Positions 38,055 through 50,337 of a DNA stretch of 64,000 bases are shown here, piece after piece. Made by a program: the position numbers and the translations under genes. How positions within the stretch are numbered: position 1 is the stretch's first letter; each line of letters starts with the position of its first letter. Source of the DNA: Mobula hypostoma. Its lineage: Eukaryota. The stretch is from positions 13,394,001 to 13,458,000 of the forward strand of contig NC_086118.1 in assembly GCF_963921235.1 (NCBI RefSeq), in the 5' to 3' direction. The notes beneath the pieces were generated by a model. The model was not told the origin of the DNA. It saw only the letters and a program-made list of their open reading frames with translations, and ran no database searches.

Positions 38055-38773
38055 CAGCGGTCCCCAACCACCGGGCCGCAAAGCATGTGCTATCGGGCCA
38101 TGAGGAAATGATATGAGTCAGCTGCACCTTTCCTCATTCCCTGTCACACATTGTTGAACTTGAACATAAGGTTGCCAGCTGTCCCATATTTGCCGGGACA
38201 TCCCGTACATTGGGCTAAATTGGTTTGGCCCGTATTTCCCCCGCTAAGGCAGAGCGTTCCTATGAAACCTTTCGTGTCGAAATGGCATGAAGCGAAGAAG
38301 CAATTACCATTAATTTATATAGGAAAAATTTTTGAACGTTCCCAGGCCCAAAAAATAACCGAACAAATCATACCAAATAACACATTAAAATGAAAATAAA
38401 TAACACTAACATATAGTAAAAGCAGGAATGATATGATAAATACACAGCCTAAATAATGTATGTACAGTGTAGTCAGGAAGATGAAGGCAAAACCGATTTG
38501 TGGGGAAAAAAATCGGCAGGTGCACGCATGCGCGCACAGGTGCCCATGCAAGGCTTCATGGTCATGATAGTCTTTCCTGGGGTAAAGTATCCCGGGATTT
38601 GACTACTACTTTTGTCCCTTATTTGGGAGTGAGAAAGTTGGCAACCCTCAGTGTAAAAGACATGTTGAGGTGAGTTTAACCCTACTTGAACACCCACCCG
38701 TCGGTTGGCCAGTCCGCAAGAATATTGTCAATATTAGACCGGTCCGTGGTGCAAAAAAGGTTGGGGACCCCTG
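38055..38773. mobile_element. hAT-type MITE with nested Harbinger-like TIRs and Tigger sequence
   Basis: Outer TIRs CAGCGGTCCCCAACC / GGTTGGGGACCCCTG. Inner A(A/G)GGTTGCCA pair at 38168 and 38648. Core ~38232-38470 matches 54573-54800. Confidence 0.78.
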
Positions 38774-39543
38774 CCTAATGGCAACTGGCCACTGGTCAAA
38801 GCTCTTTTTCACTGTAATGACCCACTGCTCCCTTATCTAGTCAGGCAGCGGACCTGAGTGAAATACACTCTTCTCAAAACTTCCAGTGTCCTGATTGGTC
38901 ACTGGTCAAAGCGGGTCTTTTTCCCTCCTGAAGAAACGTGCTGTGCTTTTTTCAAAAAAAAAATGTGAATGTCTCTCTCCCCTTGCGAAAAAAAAAAGTG
39001 TGGTGCTTCCACAGGTAGGGAGCTGTTTTCGGGTAATTTTTAAACTATCTCATCACCTCTGTTAGGTTTTGTAACTCTAGAAACTCATCGAAAGATAAAC
39101 ACGAGAGCCATGTCTATTTCATTTTGCTTTACTGATGTGCTAAACTTGTGACATGGTGGCACGATGACGTATGCCTTGCAGGTACTTCTTACATCTAACT
39201 CAGAAGGAATTACGTAAACAACAGAGAATGTTTAATCAAACAATATTGTGGCGAGCATTTGGTCCGTAGTGACAGATGATGAAGCCCGTTGAACTCAACA
39301 GCCGTTTTATTGTGATAAACACAAAACAGACCAGGCACCATGACCCGGAGGGTGAACCCAACCAGTCTCACACAGACGGGGGAGGTGACCATCACACACC
39401 CCGGTTACAGTCAGGGTGACCCACAAATACACAAGAGAATAACTGTATAACCCAAGCTAAAATGTAACAATGAATGAACTGGAACTTCCCACCATAAGCC
39501 CAGAAAAGCATTTTAACACAAAAACAACAAGCAGTACTGGTCA

Positions 39544-40111
39544 CTCATCAAAGTTGCTGGTGAACGCAGCAGGCCAGGCAGCATCTCTAGGAAGAGGTAC
39601 AGTCGATGTTTCGGGCCGAGACCCTTCGTCAGGACTAACTGAAAGAAGAGCGAGTAAGAGATTTGAAAGTGGAAGGGGGAAGGATGGAGATCGAAAATGA
39701 TAGGAGAAGACAGGAGGGGGAGGGATGGAGCCGAGAGCTGGACAGGTGATTGGCAAAAGGGATATGAGAGGATCATGGGACAGGAGGCCCAGGGAGAAGG
39801 AAAAGGGGGAGAGGGGGGAAACCCAGAGGATGGGCAAGGGGTATAGTCAGAGGGACAGAGGGAGAAAAAGGAGAGAGAGAGAGAGAAAGAATGTGTGTAT
39901 ATAAATAAATAAATAATGGATGGGGTACGAGGGGGAGGTGGGGCATTAGCAGAAGTTTGAGAAGTCAATATTCATGCCATCAGGTTGGAGGCTACCCAGA
40001 CGGAATATAAGGTGTTGTTCCTCCAACCTGAGTGTGGCTTCATCTTTACAGTAGAGGAGGCCGTGGATAGACATATCAGAATGGGAATGGGACGTGGAAT
40101 TAAAATGTGTG
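39544..40111 (-). mobile_element. Penelope 3' fragment inserted in the 3' LTR of the Gypsy derivative
   Basis: Close match to 7150-7725 and absent from the partner LTR at 42511-42862. Confidence 0.9.
39601..39636 (-). ncRNA. Minimal type-I hammerhead ribozyme motif in a Penelope 3' UTR
   Basis: Minus strand reads AGUC-CUGACGA-A-GGGUCUCGGCCC-GAAAC-AUC-GACU: helix I AGUC/GACU, conserved CUGAnGA and GAAA boxes, helix II hairpin, loopless helix III. Confidence 0.75.
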
Positions 40112-42490
40112 GTTAGAAATGTAGGGGTGGGCTGTCAACCATGCCCCTCCCCAGAGCTTCACTCTGCCCCCACCCGAGCGATCAGCCATCCCAGTCAACC
40201 CCAGAGTCCATAACACCGCCGCCTGTTTGTGTGAGGCAAGAGGCAGGGCACCCGGAGTGTCACTTCCTTCCTTCAGCCTCGCTGGGTTAGTGGTGGCCCA
40301 GGACTGGCACGGTGCCAACTGCTCCCGGTTCAGCATGACTGCCTTCCACCACTCAGGCAACCGCACCTGACATACCACATCAGAGATGTGGTAGAGCTCC
40401 TCTCCCAGACTCTTCCAGTGGTTTACAAGCCTGGAGAATAGTCCCTTCTTCCAGGAGGGCCTGTAGACCCATACTGGGGCCCCCAACATGTATTGCTTCA
40501 TTGGCACCCTGGACTGGTGGCCAATCTTCCCCTCAGGGAAGTGCAAGTGTCGCAGCAGTGTACAAACAGCTCCACGTCCTGCCCATACCCAGGCCAGTAG
40601 AAACATGCACCCTGCCCAACGTCTTTGCAACTCCGGAATGGCCGGCTCACTCCAGCCCATGCACCGACGGCAGTACTGTGGCGCGAAGCCCCCGGAGGGA
40701 CCACAAGCTGCAAGAGATGTCTGTCACCGTCAAAACAGCAACCCTAGTGGACCTCCGTCATTCCCCACTGCGAGTATAGGGCTTTGGTCTCTGGGTCCAG
40801 GGCAGAGACCTTGGCCCAGTCCGGCTGTCTCCCACACTCAGCCATTCCCTCACCCGGGCCAACACGGGATCGCTCACCTGTTCGCTGCGCAGCTGCTGGT
40901 CCGTGGTGGCGAGATCGTCGCGGGCTGTCACCTGAAGGGCCGTCACCGTCGCTTGCTCCTGGTTCAGCTGTGTTGCGTTGGGCCGCTGCTGGGCGTGCTA
41001 CACCACCGCGGGCCGCTGTGAAACCGGTGGTGGTTGCTGCCCCCGCTGGGACTGCTTCCTGGAGCTGCCCTGCCAGAGGGCCATGGCTTCGACATCGAGG
41101 TGGAGTGTTGCCCCCGACACATCCACTCCGGCCCCCCAGCAGGACAGCAGGTCCAGGCCAATGATGTATGATGTAGGAATCCAAGATGTTGGCGACCTCG
41201 TGCTCTACCGTGTTTTTCCCCGTTGTGATGCGCAGCCTCCTCTTCCCTCACATTGCCGCACAGTCGCAGGTGACCATAGCCAGCAGGACTGCCGTCGTTG
41301 CCCACCCAGGCGGGGATGGCTGGTTCATGTTGGGGAGAACACTGGGACGGATGAGATAATAATGGTTGACCCCGTGTCCACCAACGCCCGGCATCTGATG
41401 CCCTCCACCACACCGTCCATGTACAGGCCTTGCTCTTCACCCAAGTGGCCCACTCGGAGTTCTGCTGGAGGACTCAGGCGGCACTGCCCACTCAGCATTT
41501 CCCAATGGCTGTGAGCTGTGGCATTGTGCCAGTGCGGGGCAGTCTTGGGCCAAGTGGCTTGCCTCACCGCACTGGTAGCAGAGGTCATTTCGTGGCCGGC
41601 GGCGGAGTCAGTGCGGTGCTGGTCGGATCTGTCTCACGGGTTCCTCCTCGTCAGTTTCCTCCTCCGCCTCGCTGACAGAGGCCCGGGCTCTCTGCATGTG
41701 GGGCAATGCTAGGACACTTTGGGGGTCCAAAATTGATAAATCTCCCTTCGCCTCATCCAGAAAGGATGGCGACATCAGGCGAACATGCTGCTGAAGGCAC
41801 TCTGGCGTCAGCGCTTTTACAAAGGCGTGGAGGGCAAGGTCCTCCTGGGCTGCGAGAGAGAACTGGGGGTAGCCATGCTGAGCACAATGGCGAAGATCAT
41901 CTGCCAATGCCCCCAGACTTTCTACCATACAGCACCGTCCGCTGAACAACTCTTCCCTCTTTGCTTCCACCCACGGCCTCTGCTTGAAACGCTCCCTAGC
42001 ACCCTGTAGTAATGCCAAGGCAAGATGCATCACCATCTCGGTGGCTCCAGCCGTTGTGCCATGCAGCGTTTGACTTGCCCCAGGTACGGCTCCAGGTGGC
42101 TGGTACCGTTGTATCTGAGGAGCTTCAGGGTAGACCTTGAGATGCAAATCGAGGCAGCCCTTTGATCTTCCTGTTGCTCCTGCGGAGTCTGCCATGGTGC
42201 CTATCCTCCCATGGCTGCAGCGTCTTGGGTTCTCCGGTGTGGGTCATGACGGAGGCGAGTGACGCATTCCGCTCTGTCCCCCGGGTTGGGGAGCCTATGT
42301 ACACTCGCTCTGTTGGGGTTCCCTGCGGAGGCACGATGCTTGGTTTCCAGGTCCTCCCTCCAGGTTTTGGCTTCATGACCCCTGCCCGTGGGTATGGGGG
42401 TAACATACTGCTCGGTCCCTCGTCTTATTCCCTGGGTCTTATGACACTCTATCTGACGTCGTAGCTCTTCAATCTCATCGTCAACCTTGT

Positions 42491-42508
42491 ATCCCACTCC
42501 TGACACCA
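42491..42508 (-). promoter_or_regulatory. Primer binding site complementary to the tRNA-Leu 3' end
   Basis: Plus strand ATCCCACTCCTGACACCA equals the 3' 18 nt (with CCA) of vertebrate tRNA-Leu(CAG) as I recall it, and lies immediately inside the 5' LTR. Confidence 0.85.
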
Positions 42509-42919
42509 ATATGGTGAACATTTGGTCCATAATGACGGACAAGGAAGCTCGTTAACTCAACCACCATTTTATTGTGATAGACACAAAACAGACAAGGCAC
42601 CATGACCCGGAGAGTGAACCCAACCAGTCTCATACAGACCGGGGAGGTGACCATCACACACACCGGTTACAGTCAGTGTGACCCACAAACACACAAGTGA
42701 ATAACTGTATAATCCAAGTTAAAATGTAACAATAAATGAACTGGAACTTCCCACCATAATCCTGTTTAAAAAAAAAACACTTTAACACAAGAACAGCAAA
42801 CAGTACTGGTCATTAGAAATGCAGGGGCGGGTTATCGACCACACCCCTCCCCAGAACATCACAATATATTTAAAATATTATTTCAGTAATACTTGAGTAT
42901 TAAATGCACAAGCACTCCC

Positions 42920-45060
42920 TTTATTCCCAATCTTTGCCTCCTGCCAGTCAGCCAATCTTCTGGTCATGCTAGTACCTTTTTGTAATACCATGGGCTCTCA
43001 TCTTGTTAACAGCCTCATGAGCAGCACCTTATGAAAGGCCTCCTAAAAATCCAAATAAGCAACATCCACTGACTTTACTTAGTCTATCCTGGCTGTTACA
43101 GTATTTCCTCAAAGAATTCCAACAGATATGTCGGGCAAAACTTTCCCTTAAGGAAACCATTCTGACTTTGGCCTATTTTATCAGGTGCCTCCAAGTACCC
43201 TGAAACCTCATCCTTAATAATAGCCTCTAACATTTCAGGCTAAGTGACCTATAATTTAGTTTCTTCTACCTTCCTCCCTTCTTAAAGTGTGGAATGACAT
43301 TTGCAATTTTCTAGTCCCCGGGAACCATTCCAGAATTAGGTGAATCTTAAAAGATTTTCACTAATGCTTCCACAATCTCTTCAGCTACCTCATTCAGAAC
43401 CCTAGGATGTTGTCCATCTGGTCTAGGTACTATCTTCAGGCTTTTTAGCTTTCCAAGTACCTTCTCCTTTGTAATACTAATGACACTCATTCCTGCCCCC
43501 TGATACTCTCACAATTCTGGCAGACTGCTAGTTTCACCCAAAGTGAAGACAGATGCGAGATGCTTAAGTTCATCCACCAATTCCTTGTCCCCCATTACTA
43601 CCTCTCCAGCGTCAGTTCCCAGCACTCTCATCTCTCTTTGCTCTTTATATATCTGGAAAAACTTTTTGTATCCTCTTTAATATTATTGGCTATCTTACCT
43701 TCATATTTCATCTTATCTGTCTTTATGGCTTTTTAATTACCTTTTTGTTTGTTTTTAAAAGCCTCCCAATCCTCTAAGTTCCCACTATTTTTTGTTATAT
43801 TGTATGCCCTCTCTTTTGCTTCTATGCTGCCTTTGACTTCCCTTCACAGCTACAGTCGCCTCATCCTCCTTTAGAATACTATTTCATCTTTGGGATGCAA
43901 CTTTCCTGCACCTTCCAAAATTCTCCCAGAAACACCAACCGTTACAGTTCTGTTGTCATCCTTCTGAGGGTTCTCTTTCAATCAACTTAGGTCATCCCCT
44001 CCACATCATACCTGCCAACCTCTGACTGCACTATAAGGTCATCTACCTTTCGCTGTATTCTGCATGCATTCAAGTCCCACACCTTCAGCCCTGTGTCCAT
44101 CATCCTTATTGACTTTGGCCGCCTGTTACACTTTGACTGATCCCACAGACTAATTTTGCACTATCATCTGCCTGTTTTCCCTGACTGTCTCACTATATAA
44201 GGAAATACATTGTATAACAACTGTTCTATCATCAGTCCTAACACTCCGATTCCCATCCCACTGCTAACCTAGTTTAAATTCTCTCCAACAGGTCTGGAAA
44301 AACTGCCTGCAAGGATATTAATACCCCTTGGGTTCAGGTATAACGTCCTCTTTGAACAAGTCATACCCACTCCAGAAGAGTTCCCAATGATGCACAAATC
44401 TGAAACCCTGCCCCCTACTCCAATTGCATGTGGCACAGGCAGCAACCCAGATGTTACTACCCTGGAGGTCCTGCTATTCGGCTGACTGCCTAAAATACCT
44501 ATATTCTTTCCTCCCTTTTCCTACCCATGTCATTGGTAGAATGCAGTGGACCCTATCCAGGGCATCCCAGACCCTGACACCTGGGAGGCAACAAACCATC
44601 CAAGTGTCCCTCTCACATCCACAGAATGTGCTCTCTCCTGCTCTAATTAAGAAATCCCTATCACTACTGTACTACTCTTCTCCCCCACCCCCCTTCTGAG
44701 CCATAGAGCCAGACCCAGTGCCAGAGACCTGGTCACTGTGGTTTCCTACTGGCCAGTCATTCCCTTACCAAGCCGTTTCCAAAGTGGTATACTGATTATT
44801 GAGGGAAACGGCCACAGGGGTACTCCACTCTGGCAGCCTGTTCCCTCTCTCCCTCAAGAAAGTCACCCAGATACCTGCCTCCTGCAACTTGGGGATGACT
44901 ACCTTCCTGTAGCTCCTATTCATCACCTCCTCATTTATTCCTAAGAGCTGAAGGTCAATGCACTTTGTATAGATGTGCTTATCAGGGAGACTGGAGGTCT
45001 CTGAAATTTCCAACAGCTCACACAAGGACATAAACTACCTCCAGACCCATTCTCAGCACT
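42920..45060 (-). mobile_element. Degenerate CR1 LINE fragments (ORF1 zinc finger to RT)
   Basis: Similar to 35900-37900. ORF 44765-45031 retains ORF1 N-terminal motifs (LPDKHIYTKC, VSLNNQYTTL). Confidence 0.8.
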
Positions 45061-46284
45061 CTAGCTCTCTGCTATCAGAAATAAAACTTAGTAGAAACTT
45101 ACTTAGAACATCCAGCTGTGCTTGCCCAAGCCTGTTCTCTTTTGAGTCAAAGCCAGACCGTTAACATTGGCCCACTCACAACGGCCGCACCAACAATGTT
45201 CACTTTTCTTTTTATGGGCCCCACACTGATTTCAGCCTGCGGAAAGAAAGTTGAAAGCTCTCGAGTTCTTTCTAAACTTCACACTGCATCACCAATGAAC
45301 AACCTCTCGTGCTGTTTTCAGCCTGAGAAGCTGATTCTTTGCCCAAGTTTGATAGATTTTTGCTTGTTTATTGTGGAAACCTAATTGAAAATGGATTGGA
45401 GAATTCAATTTGGGAGGACATCTGACTCAGTTTGAAACCATTTCCCTGTGCATGGCCTTTCAAAATTAGCTATTGATCACATTATGGCTTCCCCTTGCAA
45501 GTGAAACAACAAAGAATGAACAACAGTGTGTTCAGCATCAAAGCATAGATGTGTTACTGCACACAAAATGCTGCAGAAATTGCTGATGAACACTAAAATC
45601 CTGATGAATGTTCTCAGCCCAAGATGTTGACCGTCTGTTATTTCCCTCTATAGATGCTTCCTGACCTGCTGATTTCATTGGGCATTGTGTGGGTATTGCT
45701 CAGGATTTCCAGCACCTATTGCATCTCTTGTGTCTGCCTAAGTATAATACACAATTTGAAACTGGAACTTCTAAATTATTTGCCCGGCATTTTTATCTCT
45801 GCATCTTGTAATCCAACAAAGAGGCAATTGTTGTTGGACTTTCAACTGAGAAGCAAATAGGGCAAGTGAGAGAAGGAGATCACCTTGCTCTACTTGACCA
45901 CTGAATACATTATTTTAATTGTGAAAGGTGATCATAAATTTCAATGCATTAATCAGAGTGAAGGCTAATATTTGTAACTTACTCAACAATCTTTAACAGG
46001 TGGACAAAGGCAGAAAGATCAGAGCTAATATGACGTTGGGTACAAGGGAAGACGAATTATGACTCATGCCAGGAAGAAAGGAGGGCAACTTGTATAAAGA
46101 AGAGGAGACATGATGGTTGGGATTTTGTTGGAAGTTTTACCTGAAAGTGTCAGCATCCTGGCTGTGCTCAATCAGTGATTTGCCAGATGCAATTACCTGC
46201 TGGATTCCACATAGCCTACAGATGTCTTACACTCACCCTGAGAAATCTGCTCCTGGATCCTACAACAGGTCTACAAATCACACT

Positions 46285-46590
46285 GCCCCTTTTCCTTCTC
46301 CCTGGGCCTCCTGTCCCATGATCCTCTCATATCCCTTTTGCCACTCACCTGTCCAGCTCTTGGCTCCATCCCTCCCCCTCCTGTTTTCTCCTATCACTTT
46401 GGATCTCCCCCTCCCCTCCCACTTTCAAATCTCTTACTATCTCTTCTTTCTGTTAGTCCTGACGAAGGGTCTCAGCCCGAAACCTCGACAGTACCTCTTC
46501 CTAGAGATGCTGCCCGGCCTGCTGCGTTCACCAGCAACTTTGATGTGTGTTGCTTGAATTTCCGGCATCTGCAGAATTCCTCATGTTTAG
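46285..46590 (+). mobile_element. Penelope 3' UTR fragment
   Basis: Near-identical to the reverse complement of 39545-39810 and similar to 7110-7420. Confidence 0.88.
46455..46490 (+). ncRNA. Minimal type-I hammerhead ribozyme motif (variant copy)
   Basis: AGUC-CUGACGA-A-GGGUCUCAGCCC-GAAAC-CUC-GAC. Confidence 0.7.
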
Positions 46591-47458
46591 GTCTACAAAT
46601 CCATTCATTTGGATCACTACAAACAAAAAAAATTATCAAAAGTATTTTTGATACTTTATTGAAAATCAGTTTTAAGTACTTTAATGTACAGTATTTACTT
46701 TGCTTCTAAAAAATAAGGAAAGGTTTTTATACTGTTTCAATTTTTATTTCATTGTCAACAATTTTGAGGTATTTCTGACTGTCGGGAATGTTGAGGAACA
46801 TTAAAGAATCTGGATAGGTAGCAAAACTCAGGGTGCCAAAGACTGTCATGGATGCCCGCTTGCTCTAACCACTCTATGTCACCTGACTACATTACTTGAG
46901 GCCCTGTTGCTTTTCTGGTCCTTGCCACTTCATCTCAGGATGGTCTGCCAAGGAGATGCAGGCTCAGCCTGCAAGATTGAAGAGATCAAGATAAAGATTA
47001 GCTTTATTCGTCACAGGTACATCAAAACATTGTGAAAAGCATTTAAGTCTCAATTAAACATACATCATATATACTTTTCCCCCAAGGAAAATAGCAACAA
47101 CAAATAGAACAAAAACAATAATGATCTAAGTGGTTATTGTGTTCTATGCTGTAGAGATCAGTGTTGTGCTGGATGGTTCCAGAACCAAATGGTTGAAAAT
47201 TAGGTGTTTTTGATCCTGGTGGTGTGGAAACTAAGGCTTCGATACCTCCTACTCATGAACAAGTGGCTTGGCTGACATAGTAAGATTTTTACGGATGGAT
47301 GGTGTCTTCTTGGCACAGCACTTCATGGAGATATTACTATGCTGGGGAGAGATGTGTCTCTGATGCATTGGGCTGAGCCCACTGCTTTGCAGCTCCTTGC
47401 ATTCCTGCACATTCAAATTTCCATACCAGATCATGATACAACCAGTCAAGATACAACC

Positions 47459-48023
47459 AGAGCCGTCTCTATTTCCTGAGGAGACTGAGGTCCTTTAACA
47501 TCTGCCGGACGATGCTGAGGATGTTCTACGAGTCTGTGGTGGCCAGTGCTATCATGTTTGCTGTTGTGTGCTGGGGCAGCAGGCTGAGGGTAGCAGACAC
47601 CAACAGAATCCACAAACTCATTCGTAAGGTCAGTGATGTTGTTGGGATGGAACTGGACTCTCTGACGCTGGTGTCTGAAAAGAGGATGCTGTCTAAGTTG
47701 CATACCATCTTGGACAATGTCTCCCATCCACTACATAATGTACTGGGTGGGCACAGGAGTACATTCAGCCAGAGATTCATTCCATCAAGATGCAACACAG
47801 AGCATCATAGGAAGTCATTCCTGCCTGTGGCCATCAAACTTTACAACTCCTCTCTTGGAGTGTCAGACACCCTGATCCAATAGGCTGGTCCTGGACTTAT
47901 TTCATAATTTACATATTACTATTTAACTATTTATGGTTTTATTACTATTTATTATTTATGGTGCAACTGTAACGAAAACCATTTCCCCCCAGGATCAATA
48001 AAGTATGACTATGACTATGACTA
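47459..48023 (+). mobile_element. Rex1/Babar-type LINE 3' fragment, well preserved
   Basis: Open C-terminal ORF (MFYESVVASAIMFAVVCWG...SHPLH...SFLPVAIKLYN), AATAAA and a (CTATGA)n tail. Confidence 0.82.
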
Positions 48024-48911
48024 TACCTTCAGCAGTACACATGTGGAAGTTTGTTAGTGTTTTCTAACAAGTTAAACAATCCCACTAAGAAAATAGAAAT
48101 TATGGTGTGCTTTCCTTGTCATTGCATCAAGTCAGGTCAAATGCTTGAATCCTTGAGGTTAACCAATGTTATATGACTATTGGAATAAAGAGAGAGGCAC
48201 TAACCAGTAAACTACAGACTAACCACTGGTGGTGCTGATTTGGTCCCCAAGTCCAGGCAGTGTAGTATTTGTCTCATCAGTTATTGCTCTTCATTACCAT
48301 CAGCAGCCACACTCTAGAGATGTGGGGAATGAGAACAGCTAGTTACTTCCTAGTTTCTGACTTGGAAATGCACAGCATCTGGCAGAACTGAAAAAGAGAG
48401 TAAGCTAAATATCTGATTAAAGTGTCAATGTTACCGTGGATATTTTACTGCCAATAGTAATTACATTACTGCTAATAATCAGACTCTCAAATACACAATA
48501 GGGTATATTTTCATTTATTAACTATTGTGGGGAGATTATGATGATTACATTGTCATACTAAGAAGCAGAATAGCCAGGAGAGAATACTGTATTTTAAAAC
48601 AACTGTCAAATAGTGTGGGTGGAAAGAGAGAGGGTTCATCATTATTAGCTTTGAGAAAAATAGCTAAAGTGGCAATTAACTTTAAATGCTCTCATATCTG
48701 TGGCTTTGGACTAACAACCATACCACACATTCTGGATTAAAATTAGGAAATAAAAACAGAAAATGCTGAGTAGAACAGGGAACATCTGTGGAAAAAGAAG
48801 GATATTAGTTTAGATCTGAAGCAATCCCTCACATTTCGAGTTGTGGATTCATTTAGATGACTGATGTATGCAGTATTTCTTCAGGGACTGAAATTACGCC
48901 TAACAAAAATT

Positions 48912-50337
48912 TGTTGTGTATTTAATATTTGAGTAATATTGTAAATATATTGTTTGATTAAGCATTCCTCATTTAAATAATACATTATGGGATTTATGTA
49001 GACGTATGTGAATGGCATACGTCAAGACATCACCAGATTATAAATGCGTGGCTCACTAAAAACTAAAAATTAAACTAAGACACACATTCCCAGCTCCCTA
49101 TTTCCTTTCAATTAGGTTTATACTTCGGAATTACAAAATATGACATTGGTGACGAGAAAGTTAAAAAAAACGAGACAGCTAACTATCTGTTGAAGCACAA
49201 TATGTTCATTCTTTGCAAGTGGACAGATATGTTCAAATTTATTATTTTTTTTATATAAAGAGCACAGGGAGAAATGGTCAAGTGGAAAAAACAGCAGAGC
49301 ACATGCTTCTTGGGGAAGGGATAGAAATGGTTGAGTTATAAAAAGAGGCAGAGAGGTAACAAATTTGAAAACAGCAGAAATGGCTGGCTACATCGAAAAG
49401 ATAGACATTCAATTCCACAAGAGACAAGCGGATATTATATACTGAGTAATTTGAAGTAAATGAAATTTCTAATGAAAAGTAATAGCCACTTTTGCAGAGT
49501 GCATTGGGTTTAAAGACATACAGTTTGCTTAGAAGTTTAACTGCTCCAACCAAACAAGCTGAAATGAGATTTTAAAGTATCGTGAAAGTAATGCAGGACT
49601 GAAACCATTGTAGATTGCAGAACATGTTAGGATACATAAGCATAATCAAAAGCATAAACAAATAGACGGGGACTCCATTTTAGCCTGCATGGCTGAATTC
49701 ATGACATTATCTGAGCATTGTCAGTTTAATAATGAGCTTAATCATGTACTGAGAGATCATTTAGTTTGTGGAATCATACAAGAAAGTATTCAAAAATGTC
49801 TAAATATCTAAATGTCTCCTAACTGAAGCACAACTCATATTTAAAAGAGCAGCTGAAAATACTGCATCAATGGAAACAGCAACCAGAGACATAATCAAGT
49901 TGCCATTAGGAATGAAAGTGAACGCGAACAAAATTGCAATGTTTAAACCAATGGTTCCCAACCTTTCTTTTTATACCATGGACCCCTATCATTAACGAAG
50001 GGGACCATGACCCCCCCCCCCCGGTCAAAACAGAAGTATGCTTGGCTGAACAAGTTGTGTTACCATTGTGGCAGAGGCTCACATAGACAAGATCAATATA
50101 GGCTTAAAGGCAGAAAATGTAACAAAGTAGGACACATACAAAGAGCATATCAGGCAATCAAAAAGAAATAGACTGCACAGGAAAGAGAAAAAGATCAAAA
50201 GCCAACTTGCAGTTTCAAGAAGAGCTCCAATTTGCATACCATTGATGAAAAAATCTGCTAATAATGAGAGTGACACAGGGCTGAATAGCCTTGAGATTTA
50301 CAATATGAAAACTAACAGGAGACAAGCAATATGGAGC
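48912..50337 (+). mobile_element. Gypsy 5' LTR, PBS and degenerate gag
   Basis: TGTTG...TGACA LTR (48912-49145), TGGTGACGAG PBS-like motif, gag remnants YSLLRSLTAPTK and LRDHLVCGI. Confidence 0.78.

Larger units (their letters stand above)
39247..42862 (-). mobile_element. Two-LTR Gypsy-type retrotransposon, internally deleted (non-autonomous)
   Basis: Direct LTRs at 39247-~40161 (split by Penelope) and ~42510-42862, with 4-bp TSD ATAT, PBS and PPT. Gag CCHC CYQCGEASHLAQDC, protease ALVDTGST, integrase Zn-finger FYWPGYGQDVELFVHCCDTC. No RT/RNaseH recognised. Confidence 0.88.
39060..42914 (-). mobile_element. Older Gypsy LTR (39060-39246 plus 42863-42914) split by the two-LTR element
   Basis: The rejoined halves resemble the reverse complement of the LTR at 48912-49145 (tgttgtgtatttaata...atattgtttgattaa). 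Confidence 0.7.

Noticed and set aside
41495..41510. GGGAAAT as a programmed gag-pol frameshift site
   Set aside because: In this copy the protease frame is +1 relative to the gag knuckle, not -1, and the element is decayed.
42491..42508. tRNA-Leu gene
   Set aside because: Only the 3' 18 nt including CCA are present, next to an LTR, so it is a PBS.
40100..42542. Dense overlapping ORFs and CpG-island-like composition
   Set aside because: Explained by the GC-rich internal region of the Gypsy derivative.
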